Assembly: GCA_029717555.1 (NCBI GenBank)
Contig: JAMDHS010000005.1
Coordinates: 124,001 to 188,000 of the forward strand
Length of the DNA: 64,000 nucleotides
Source of the DNA: Peribolospora baueri
Lineage: Eukaryota
Direction: 5' to 3'
Shown here: positions 12,126-23,346 of the stretch, in pieces
Layout: each line of letters opens with the position of its first letter
Position numbering within the stretch: position 1 is the first letter of the stretch
Made by a program: the position numbers and the translations under genes
Notes under the pieces: generated by a model
Seen by the model: the letters and a program-made list of their open reading frames with translations, nothing else
Database searches by the model: none
Told to the model about the DNA's origin: nothing

Positions 12126-14489
12126 ATGGCGTCCGCCTCAGCGGCAGGCCTTACAAGATGCGTCAACTGTGGCCGCACTTCCTCGATCGAGTACGATGGG
12201 CAGATCGGAGGCCACGTCTGTGTCGAATGCGGTACGCTTGTCGACGCCTCGCAATTCAGCGTCTCGGCGGAGCATGACTGGGGCATGACCCAGGCAGCTG
12301 GGGGGAGACAGACATTTTCTAGACCAATTGGCGACATTGCGCCGGATGTGCTGAGGATAAGAGGCCGCATCGTTGGAGGCCAGTCCGGGACAAAGGAAGC
12401 GTACCAGCGGGGACGCAAGGTGAGCGTACCACAAGATTTGCTGATCGTGTCTTTCTCTGCGCTCATTGTGCTGAGGCCGCATTCTGTATTCTGATTTCCT
12501 AATTTCATATTTTCTTCTTTCAACCTGGTAGGCAGACATTCAGGCCTTCATCGAAGCACGTGTCCGCGTGCTGGGTCATCCAGGCCTCGCTCCGCGCGCA
12601 CTCCACCTCTTTGATATCGGTTTCACCACGATGGGAGCGCGGTGGGGGAAAGCGGCTGTTCGAATTGCGGCTGCTGCCGTGTTATTGGCGCTTCGGGAAG
12701 AGAAGAAGGGTCTTCCTGTGGTTCTGGTCGCCGTGAGTGGTCGAGCAAGTTGGCCATCGTGCTGTCTTGTAACTAAAACGTTGCTGTTCCTTTCTCATCG
12801 CAGGACAGCTTTCGCGTCGAGCCTATGACAATCGTACGCTCCTATCTCCGCCTCAAACAAGTTACAGGCGTTGAAGTCGACGACGGTGATCCGATTATCT
12901 ACATCGGCAGGTATTGCACCTTTTTCCAATCCCTTCAGCCACCTCCGAACCTGCCCGGCCGAGCCAAGTCTCTGCCTTTCGCATCGTCCTCCGCCTCAAT
13001 GCCTTCATCCTTCTCTCCTGAGATGCGCGCCTACCTTATCCAGCTCAACATGCGCGCAGTGCGAGACCTGGCCTTTCAGATCGCACGACTAGTTACGGAG
13101 GAAATCTCGCTTCCGTCGCCCCCGACTTTAGCTCTCTGCATCGTCATGCTTGCCATGGAGGGCTCGCTGAAGCGCAAGCTGCCTTCTCAAAAGGACTTGA
13201 TTGACTTCGCTTGCGAAAGGCTACCTGAGATGCCAAACTTCTGGACGGTCTCAGAGCGTTACCGTGAGGTGCTTCGATTATTAGGTGATTGGGCCATGGA
13301 GCTCCCGTGGGTTCAAGGCGGCCTCTTTGGTCCAAATCCGTCCAAGTTCCGAAGAGAGGGGCTGACCAGGATGGAGGCGAAGGCTGCGAGGATCGGGCCC
13401 AGAGAGCGAGTCAAAGGTAAAGCTCCCGAAGTCTCGTCACAGGGTTCCTCGAACGAGCATCAGGAGCTCCCGGGCAATCTTCTCAGGCGGGACGAGGTTG
13501 TCCGACATATTGAGGACATCACGCTGTTTCAAGAGAGCATCGCTAGAAGGAAGTTGATGAAGTCAGGCAGGGAGCGTGGGGTGGAGGCCACAAGTTTACC
13601 CATCAGGCGGAAGGTTCCAGAGGTCGACCGTGCCCTCAAAGCGACTCCGGACGAATTCGCTCTCGTCATGGCTGCTGATGGCAACTCAGAAGATGGCACC
13701 GACTCTGATGACGACCTTCCACATTCTGGACTCCTTGGCCTTCAGCACCAGTCAAACGCTCCACACAATTTCACGCTTCACATGACTGCAGAAGAGGACT
13801 CTCGTCAGGATCACGGTTTTCGTTATCGCCGCCGGCGCGCGACGAACACGCTTAGCCAAACCAATCGCGTCCAGGTGGCCGCCAAGGCGCTCATTGACGC
13901 CTCTCGTGGCTTTTCAGAGGGGCAATACTCTACCCTGGATCACCGGGAACAAGCTGGGGCGGCGTTGGAAGAGAACGTGCGGATGCGAAGGCTGTTGCTT
14001 TCTGGCGTGCCTCCTTCGTTACTCAGCTCCAAGATTCTCTCCAGGAGGATTCTCGATCACGATAAGCGGTGGTCAGCCGTTCTCGATACGCTCCCGGTGC
14101 CCCTCGAGGATCTCTCGGGTGAACAGGTCGACCAGCTACTCTTCGCGGAAGGCGAGCTGGACAGCTACCTCCGTAGTGAACATGAGAGGGAAGTGGTGGC
14201 TCAGATTATGGAGGCGGAGGACAGGTGGAACGTCGCGCCAACGTCGCGCCCTATTGGCGAAGACGAGGACGGTCATACTGATCCGATGCAGGGCAAACGA
14301 CGGCGAACAAATCCGCAGCGGACGAACGTACCGCCGGCCGTCGCTTCGGCGACGGACGGACGGGGGGGGGTAGCCTCGACGTTTTCTCGAGAAGGAGCCA
14401 CAAGTCCAGGAGAAGGCGACGAGCCGGATCTGGAGGTCATTGCCTACATAGTTGACTCCGAACCCGAAGACGAGAACATCGGGACCTGA
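12126..14489 (+). CDS. TFIIB-related factor (BRF family; Zn ribbon, cyclin-like repeats, C-terminal TBP-anchor-like motif)
   Basis: CVNC..CVECGTLV zinc ribbon; WGKAAVRIAAAAVLLALREEKKGLP cyclin-fold-like segment; FAEGELDSYLRSEHE near the C-terminus. Introns at ~12420-12531 and ~12733-12803. Confidence 0.75.
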
Positions 14490-15396
14490 ACGGCGGGCCT
14501 GTGGTCCGAGACGAGAACGGACGCGCTGAGGGAAGATGATCAGGACGAACGGAGGTAGTCGTTCGGTCAAACCTGTGGAGGCCCATGGGCTTTATATGGA
14601 CGTTGTAAAATATTGTAACTTTATTGCGATGTACGATCGACACACGTTTTGAGAAGTGATCCCCGCTCTTTGCAGTGAGGTCATCGAGGACAAGAAAGAA
14701 AACCGTACTCGTCGCGAGAAGGATTCCGCTAACGTGTGCCCCGGTGATGGACCGCCGACCGTATTCATCGTTCAAAGAGAACGTGTAGGACAAGGCCTGA
14801 CGGACGGGGTGAGTTTAGGGCGCGAGAACCAGCTGCTTCATACGAAGACAAGCAATCCGCCGCGGGTTTCTGTTGCGCTCCTTTTGAGAGGATCAGAGGT
14901 GGGCGCGCACAGTAGCACGTCTCGGATCCCATTCAGTGCGGAGCGCGGATGTGAAGGACGAAAGCGCGGACGAGAGGAAACAAAGGAAAACTTCCTATGG
15001 AGCGGCGGTGACAGCGCACTGACAACGGAGGTACCGCAAGCAGAACGGACGCAACCTGTCCGGGATGTCGTCAGATAAAAAGGGAATTGCATGCATGGCC
15101 TGGGCAATGGAGGGTGTAGGGCAAAGAGTCAATGCATACAAGGATGCCCATAGCCGTCGCTTTTTGGCTAGCCATAACGGCTCCCAAACGAGGTGGGCGA
15201 GCGCCACGTCGAAAGGACATCCATATGCCCTTCAAGCGTCGCTCGCACCATCCACCGTCTTACAGTACAACCCGTACCTCCTCCGCAGGACGGACACGTT
15301 CCTTCGCCTCCGTAGACACGGCGCTCGGCTCGATCGCTCCATCCCAACACGGTTCTCGTCTACCCTCCACCCTCCTCAGCACGCCGCGGTAAGCAT

Positions 15397-16017
15397 CTAC
15401 TCGGCCCTCGGCGCACCCCTGCCGACACCAGCGTAGCGAGGGCGGAAGTCCGAGCCAGCACCCTCCTTCTTCGAGTCGTCGCCACGGCGCCTGTATTCAT
15501 CACGGTCGCCGCGGTCGGGACGGGGCGCCCTGTAAGCACCCTCGCGAGCGGGACGCTGGGGACGAGCCGGCTTCTTGTGGGTAGCAGGAACAATCTCGGA
15601 GGGGAGGTGGAGGCTGAGAGAAAAGGGGAAGCGGGCAGACAGGAAGAAATGAGCTACTGCGGACATGCTTGTTATTGAGGGAGCCAAAACGAAGAGTACG
15701 CACTACTCGCGGAGGTAGTCGAGACCCTCGGAGGTGAGCGTGTAGTAGTACCACTGCCAGCTGAAGCGAGTGCTGACGTAGCCACGAGAGGTCAGAGACT
15801 GCATCGCCTTCACCACCTCGAGGTTGGGCACGTCGAGGTCGGGGTGCTTGATCTATTAGACAACGTAGGCGAACCGAGCGAACGTCAGTAAAAATTTGCC
15901 TAGGACGCGAGAGCGAACGTGTCAGATATGTACCTCGTAGTTCTTGGGGGCGACCATGACGCCCTCCTTGAAGAGAGACTCATAGATGGTCTTCCTGTTC
16001 TGCTTGGAAATGATCAT
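15397..16017 (-). CDS. RPS10: 40S ribosomal protein S10 (eS10)
   Basis: [88 protein letters not shown]. Probable 5'UTR intron at 16315-16024. Confidence 0.97.
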
Positions 16018-16429
16018 GTTGGCCTACGCGAAGGAAGCAGCATGTGGGAGGACGACCCTGCGTCAGCCTCTGTGTCGAGCTTATCGTCATCGTCTTCTCC
16101 TCCCATACTCCTCTTGCTTCTCCTTCCGCTTCCGCCTTCCTCCACCTTCCTGCCTCCAAGGTACTGAAATCGTACCCCGACTACTCCGTCGCTCATCGCT
16201 GGCTAGAGATGCTCTCCCCCTGAAGCCACATACGCTCCGGGCCCATCCGTCACACAGTCCATCATCCAGAGTGAACGCAATCAAGACCTGTAGGGAACAG
16301 GTCAACAATGCTCACCTTGAGGTTGAGCGAGTCCGGTCCGTTGCGGGATACGTCGTCGAAGGGCGGGTGTTGAAGCGCTGGAAGGACTGGCTGGCGTTCA
16401 ATCGACCTCGGCTTCTGGAGCTGCTCGAG

Positions 16430-16593
16430 TAACCCTAACAGGGGCAGCGTCGTGTCGAACGGCCCTCCCGCAGCAAAACTGTATACTACGCTTGCGGAAG
16501 CCGCGTGCGCCTAGTCATCTCCCGCACGCGTGCCGGTCGGCTGCGGGCGAAGGTGAGAGAGACTAGTCACGTCGGCCACAAAGTCGGCCACAA
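16430..16593. promoter_or_regulatory. Bidirectional ribosomal-protein promoter with telo-box and HomolD-like motifs
   Basis: TAACCCTAA at 16430, CTAGTCA(T/C) at 16511 and 16563, and tandem GTCGGCCACAA x2 at 16571-16594, all between divergent RPS10 and RPS30. Confidence 0.55.
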
Positions 16594-16637
16594 GGAGGGC
16601 TCATCGATCGCCATCTTCACACATCAAGTTTCACGAT

Positions 16638-17052
16638 ATGGGCAAGGGTGAGTGTCGCTGCGAAGCGCACGCCCTTTTTGCTGAGGGGAAAGGGGCCTTG
16701 GATGATCTCGCTCGCCTCCACGCTCTGACCGCTTGCGCTTTGCTACTTCCTGGTCTTCAGTTCACGGCTCTCTCGCCCGTGCAGGCAAGGTCAAGTCTCA
16801 GACCCCTAAGGTCGAGCCCCAGGAGAAGAAGAAGATCCCCAAGGGTCGCGCCCACAAGCGCATTCTTTACAAGCGCCGGTAAGTCTTGCTATGATATTTG
16901 GAGTGGCAACTGGGCTTGGACGTATGCCCCCATCGCTGTCCCGGTCGGTCAGCTCAATCAGTGTGCACGCGCGCTTTTGGGCTGGTTGCCACAGTTTCGT
17001 CAACGTGAAGCCTGGTGTTGGTGGCAAGCGGAGGATGAACCCGGCATCGTAG
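16638..17052 (+). CDS. RPS30: 40S ribosomal protein S30 (eS30)
   Basis: [61 protein letters not shown], with two GT-AG introns. Confidence 0.97.
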
Positions 17053-18006
17053 GCTTCCGAGTTGCATGTTCCCTTTCCCTTCTCCGCTCGCATCATGGTC
17101 TCCACCTCTTCTATGATCGTCCACCTTCGCACCTTCATCGCACGGTCCTCCGACAGCGGTTGCCTCGATGCGTTCGTGCCCCGCTCTGTATCCGTCCGAC
17201 GGCCTTGAATGTAGTCATTCCATTATGGTCGGATTCAATGGGAATCAGTAGATATTCCTTTCCAGCTCGTCTGACTCTTTTGTCAAGCCATGCCATCCAA
17301 CCCCAACTCGCGATTAACTCCAGGTTGCATCGTTAACCTCGGCAGAGTATGAAGCCCACCCACAGTAGTCGTCTGCTCGTGGTGAAGACCTCGACATCAC
17401 GAGTGGATTACCGACGATTGTCTTAAGAGGAGAGAGTGTTCAAGGAGCGAGTGAAGGATGAGTCATTCATTCGAAACCTATGCTATTCAAAGGAAGGATA
17501 CAGCTAGAGCGGAGGTACCGCCATCGAGTCGAGGCAGCCGAGCCCCCAAACCGAAAGTCAGAGAGGGCGACCTAATAATGAGTAAGGAAACGAATGGAAA
17601 GGAACGCGCGGGAAGCTAGCAAACGAGAGGTCGAGCACCCGCATCGATGAACGACGCGGAGCGCAAGATGGGAAAGAAGGCGATATCAAAGACAGCCTTC
17701 GCCAGAGAGAGTGAGAGAGGGGTGAGGACCATCCATAACCTTGAGCGAGAGGAAGGGTGTGAGAAGAGAAGGCAGCCAAGGGAACATCGAAAAGAGTGCG
17801 GGGGGTGTTGGTGTGAAGTCGGACGACTTCAGAGACGCGGACGGAAGGGACGAGATGCGACTATTCGAACAGATATGGGAAGCTAGCAATCTTGGGAGAA
17901 GTGACCCCGTGATAAACGAATGGATACCGAAGCCACACGAAGCCCGTCAGGGCTGCGCAAAAAGTACCAAGGAGAGGTTGATGAAAGGAAGATAACAGAG
18001 ACTGCT

Positions 18007-20303
18007 TCAAGCAGAATTGGACTGCGAAGGCTTGGAGGCCGCGCCGGAATCGGAGGCCTGCGTGCCCGTCACCGTCGCCGTCCATGAGGACGGGAGGCTA
18101 TTGCTCCTGAAAAGGCTGCGAAGACCGCCGCCGCACGACGGTTGCTTCTGGCACGCACCGGCGCCGGAGGTCTCCTTCGTAGAGGAAGTCTTGGAACCGA
18201 GACTCAGGTCGGCCATGCGATCGGCTAGAGCGTCCTCGCTGCTGCAGGAGGAAGCCTTCTCGGCGCTGCCCCACCTCTTCCCGCTCTTCTTGTCCACCAC
18301 GCGCACCTCGGCCCTTCCGTCCAAGACGGCCGCCACCCTGTCGCCTGCGGAGGGGTTCACGGGACGCGTCTTAAATGACGTGACACTCGTTTTCTTATCC
18401 CCCTCCTGCAGCGACTGCTGGCCAGCGAATGCGTCCCAGAACGCGCCGAACATGCGATTGACAAGCGTGCTCGTGGCCATGTTGGCCAGCAGCGTGAAGT
18501 GCTGGTCACGAAGTTCGCGTTCTTGCTGGAGCATATCGCGGATCAACACCAGTCCCTTGGTCTCCTTCGGCGAAGCCGCCGCCGTGGGCAGACCGCCGCC
18601 GCCGAGCACCTCGTGAGGCTCCTTGCCCGACAAGATGGCGGTTGTGCCCCTTCCAGGTGACGAGAAGTACGCAGGCTTGAGAGAGCCAGCGAGGCCTCTT
18701 GAACCAAACGCGTCGAACGAGGTGGCGTTATTATATTGCATCTTGGACTCTGCGGTGCCAGCTTGAACTTGGGCAAATGTCGGCTGCTGACCGTCCTGGG
18801 GAGGCGCGAACATGTTGGCCACCGCGCTTGCCGCCGCGGCCTTGCCGAAGAGCTGAGTGCGGTAGAGATGATACCGGTAGTCGTCCACGTCCTTGAATGT
18901 GAAAGGATTGAGGTCGAAGAAATCGGGTCCGGATGTAGGTAGCCTGACACCGAAGCCACGTGGACTGGCACCGACGCCCTTCTGACCGAGGTTGACCTCG
19001 GGCACGAACGTGGTATGGACGGGCATATATGCGTTGCCTCCAAAACTGCCTGCCGCACCGCCCCAGAAGGGACGAGCGGCAGCGCCGGCGGTGGTATTCG
19101 GCAGGTCCTTGGACACATTTGCCTTGGGTAAGGGCGACGATCGACGGACGGGTGCCGCGCGGGCGTTGGGCAGGAGTGGGGAGGAAGATGGCGAGGCACA
19201 TGCGGGAGAAGATGGCTCCTCCAGCACGGCATCGACGATCGGTTCGGAGGCCGGCGTCGGAGCGGCGGCGGGTGCAATCGAGGTAATGGACGTCGGGGGC
19301 TGATGCTGCCTGAGTCCCTCGAGCAGACGTGTGATGTCCGAGGACGAGATGATCTTGGTCTTCAAGTTGTTCATCTCCTCCTTCAGCTCCAAGTTCTCCA
19401 GCTTGACCTGACTCAGTTCGCTGCGCATCATGTCGATGATTCGATCCCTGTCCGCAACCTGTTCCTCCAGCATGGTAATATACTCCCTGAAAGGGAAAGT
19501 AACGGCACATGTCAGTCTAGGCAGAGCCTAAGAAAAACCGAACGACGGCCTCAGTAGAGCGGACGGGAGACGCACTTTCGACGGCTACGGAAGTTGCGCG
19601 CCGATATCTTGTTCCTCAGCTGCCTCTTTTCCTTCGACGACAGCTTCTTATACTCCTCCGGACTGGGGCGGAGGTCGGCGGCGGCGGATACGCTGGGAGG
19701 CACACCTCCCGTAGATCGCTTGCCCGCCGTTCCACCTGTCGCCCAGACGCCACCCGACAAGTAGACGTCGCTGGCGGCCATCTCGCTCTCCGAAGGTGCG
19801 AACCCCGTCGAACCGTCGTACTCGTCAATCGTCGTTAAACTCGAAGACGGCTTCTGTACGGAGGCGCTCGCCTTCGAGGTGCTGGGAGCGGGCGAGGTGA
19901 CGAGGTGAGGGTCGATGGACCCCGGAAGGGTGGCGGACGAGGAGAAGTCATCGCCGAGGGCGTGGTCGAGGGGCGAGAAGGTAGCGCTAGAAGCCGCCGA
20001 GGCGTGGTTGGGGCTGGTGGCCGAGCCGGTATCCGGGGAGGAATGCTGATGGAGATACTTAGTCCAGTCCATGGCGACGGCTGGATCTGCGCCGATCTTT
20101 TTCACCTCCGCCTCAAGGTAGTAGCGAAAGAGACCGTCGGCGGAGGCGTCCTCGCTGAGGGAGTTCAAGGCTGCGTTGCCGCTAGAGGGGTGGGAGAACA
20201 GGTCCGAGTCTGCGGCCTGGCCGAGGTCGAGGAAGTCATCGATGGAGGGATACGACGGCTGTGAGCGCGGAGAGAGGGGTTCCGCGTAGACGTCGGTCGT
20301 CAT
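18007..20303 (-). CDS. bZIP transcription factor
   Basis: Basic region EEYKKLSSKEKRQLRNKISARNFRSRRK is spliced (GT-AG intron ~19575-19487) to the zipper EYITMLEEQVADRDRIIDMMRSELSQVKLENLELKEEMNNLK. Confidence 0.92.
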
Positions 20304-20892
20304 GCTGGAGACGAGGATCGATTAGATCAAGTCAGGCGACTGAGCCTGTTGGAATGATCGATCGAGGTTCGGCGTGGTGAGGTCGTGAGAGAGGGAAATA
20401 TGTGAAAGGTGAGAGAGAGATCAAGGACGAGTGAGGAGCTGCTAGGTGTTTATCGAGGCGATGGCAACAATTCTTGCTGGTGGTTGGTGGTAGCGATGTG
20501 GTGGAGGGGAAAGGAGCCTTTCAGTCTCACGCGGTCGGGACGGGCGGACAAGTTGGGGGGGCATAACCCTAACTTCACGTCAGCGGGGCTCAGCCCTTCG
20601 AGCGCCTTCCATTCCGCCCCGATCGCTAACGCATGTAGAAAGGGGCAGTGCATGCGTGCTACACGAGGGGCAGTGCATGCGGACAATACGTGCTATACCA
20701 TAGTGACCGTGACACGAACAACGAAGACCGAATTATAAGTGAGAAAACTGGGAGGGATGGCAGAAAGAGACAAAGAGAAAGGAGACGAAAGTACTACTAC
20801 TGTGCTTGAGACAAAGTAAGTTATTAACCAGTCCTGTGCCCGACCATTGTGACGATGCATGGTTGGCTCAAGTCGCGCCTCCTCTTCCCCCT

Positions 20893-22931
20893 CTAAGCCG
20901 GCCCTGCCGGTGGGGCTTCCCCGATCTTCGCCTCATAAGATGCGAACATGTAAGCCGTGAACAGCGGATGGCTCACTCTCCCTCCAGGGCGCCTTTGCGG
21001 CGACTCCGCCCCCTTTCCATTGCCTGTGCTCGTCTGAATGACAGAACGGCCACTACTTTTCCGTAGATCCGGGGGGAGACGGCTCGCTCGAGGTCCCGCT
21101 GTCGATGGTGGACGCGGAGGCGGAAGCGGCGGAGGGATCCATGCGAGAGAGTAAAAGGTGGGAGGCGAGAGGAGAAGACCGAAGGGCGGAGAGGTGGAAT
21201 AAAGATCCGGCGTCGGCGCTACGCCATCGCCGGTGGAAGAAGGGGCGCCGGTCAAGAGACCGCCGTAGAGGGCGTCCTCGACTTCCTCCTCCGTCTCGAG
21301 GCCGAACTCGTCGATCATCCGCTGGATTGCCTCCACCCCTCGCAGCCGGTCTACGTCCTCCTCCTGCATGTCCACGAACCCGTCCATCAGGTTCATCGCC
21401 CAGCCTTTCCTTCGAGCTTCATCCCCCGCAATTGAGGGCCAAAAGGGAGGAGGGGAACGATAGACGAACTTCATACCGCCATCGCCGTCATTGTTGGACA
21501 GTGGACGAGGTGGGGAGGTGCACGCCTGGAAGTCGGGTGGGAGCGAGGCCTTGTCGAGCATGTGCGAACGGTCCGAGGCGAAGTGGGAGAGGAAGATGGA
21601 GGCGGGTATGACGCGGAAACGGCTGTAGGGAGAGAGATAGAAGGCAAAGAATGGAGGTTTTCAGGTGATATCGAAGACAAACAAGCCAATATCCTCGATA
21701 ACGCTCACCTCTGCAGCTCGGCAGGCATGACGCCCATGGAAGACAGCTCCGGTCTAAATGTCTTGGACACGTACTCTTGAACGATACAACAATGAAAGAG
21801 AAAATAGTCAATCTCCCGCGTCTCTCTGTCTCCAGGGTCTCCTCCGGCATTCACTCACTAGCAAACCCGGTAATGAGCCCGAGCCTGGAATCGAGGTCGT
21901 AGACCCAACACCTCCTCAGATCGTCAGCTTGCTCCGGCTGCGCCGCCTTTCCATTCGCGTTGGGGGCCCCATCAAAACCGTCGCTGCCGCCAGCCATCGG
22001 CGCATTGGTCCTTCCGGCTGGCTCTGCCGCCGAGGCGCTCACTCTGCAAGTGGGCACTTCGAGCAACGGATACCGTCTGCCCGCGCCCTGGTCACCTCCG
22101 AAGAGGCGGGTGTAAGTCTCCTCGTAGGCAGACACTCGGCCATGTGCATTGAAGCGATCGTAGCTACGTGTGGAGTCCACGCCGTACTGAGAGGATGCTT
22201 GGCGGCGCAGAGAGGCCGGTGTCGTGCCTGGCCGGTACCAGCATGACACGGCGGCGACGACATGGTAATCCCTGGAACGTGACATGAGAGGGTGTCGGAC
22301 GAGGGCGTCAGGATATTCTTCATAGCGTCATCTCGTGAAAGTCGACTGATCCCACCAGCACACGCGATAGTCTAGCTCGGGAGAGTGCGAGGCCGCTTGA
22401 TGCCAAAGGACAGCCTGGTGCGATGAGGGATGAACGCAGGCGAGTATGGTACGTCAAGGAAGGACAAGTAGACGAATCACAACCGTCAGGAATTTTTGAG
22501 TGTCGCGCATTCTAATATCAACACGTTCTTTGACCTGCACTCACCGATTTATTCGCATTGGAGATGAAAACCACCCATACCCTCCATTCCAGGTCTCCTA
22601 TCTGGAAGGCGTCCGCGCCGACAGGAACACCCGCTTTCCCGTTAAGCGTCTTGCAAGCCCTGTCCTTACCTTTGCTTCTCGCTTGGGCCTCGAGCTCGTG
22701 GGTCAGCCACCGGACGAGATGATATATGTTCCTGGGAAGATGCGAAATGGGGAGAAGAGGAGGCGTCCGTCAGTGGGCCCACGGCTCGGCTGACTCTATC
22801 TGCCTATCAAGACGGGGCGGTTCGCGCTCCACCCACTCCTCGCAATAGTTGGCCATCCATGGCGGCTCCTCGACCGGACGTGGCGGCTCTGGAAAAGTGA
22901 TGTCTGCTCTGGGCGTCGGGCGAGGGGCCAT
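20893..22931 (-). CDS. NTAQ1: Protein N-terminal glutamine amidohydrolase (WDYHV family)
   Basis: Six exons assembled manually: MAPRP..WMANYCE|ENIYHLVRWL..VWVVFISNANKS|AVLWHQ..VCW|DYHVV..VYDLDSRLG..|YVSKTFRP..|RFRVIPASIFLSHFASDRSHML..PPPFWPSI..MNLMDGFVDM. The Cys-His-Asp triad motifs are all present. Confidence 0.9.
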
Positions 22932-23346
22932 GGCGCAAGAGGCTTTCTCTTCTTCTCGTTCCGTTCTTCGCTGGCTCTCTTGTCGTCCGACTCGGTATTC
23001 GAGAACGGCGATCGGTGTCAGACAGGCGCCGCGGTGGTTGTCGTATCAGCCCGGATGTCAAGGGTGCCGACGAGGAGGAGAGGATATAGTTGATGGCATG
23101 GTTTGAGATGGATGTGGAGAGGCGAATGAGGTCTTCTTCATCCACCCGCTTATCCCTCACCAGATTGTTTTTCCATCCATCCTCCGTCGGTCTCGCCCCG
23201 GCCGCCCCCCGACGGCGCGCTGCACGCGATCGCGGCCGCAGCCGCCGCCGCACCGACTAGCGGTAAATAACATGGATGGATGGACATGAGACGAACGACT
23301 CGGTCACATCGCCAGCAGCCAGCCTGAGCGCCGAGGGCAAGGAACC

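Noticed and set aside
16024..16315. snoRNA inside the RPS10 5'UTR intron
   Set aside because: No convincing C box/D box pair with a terminal stem, or H/ACA structure, could be identified by eye.
19487..19575. HAC1-like unconventional intron in the bZIP gene
   Set aside because: The intron is canonical GT-AG with a branch site, and no Ire1 stem-loops were recognised.
1138..22931. Glutaminyl cyclase and NTAQ1 (both act on N-terminal Gln) as a functional cluster
   Set aside because: They are ~18 kb apart with unrelated housekeeping genes between and probably act in different compartments. Coincidence is the simpler reading without synteny data.
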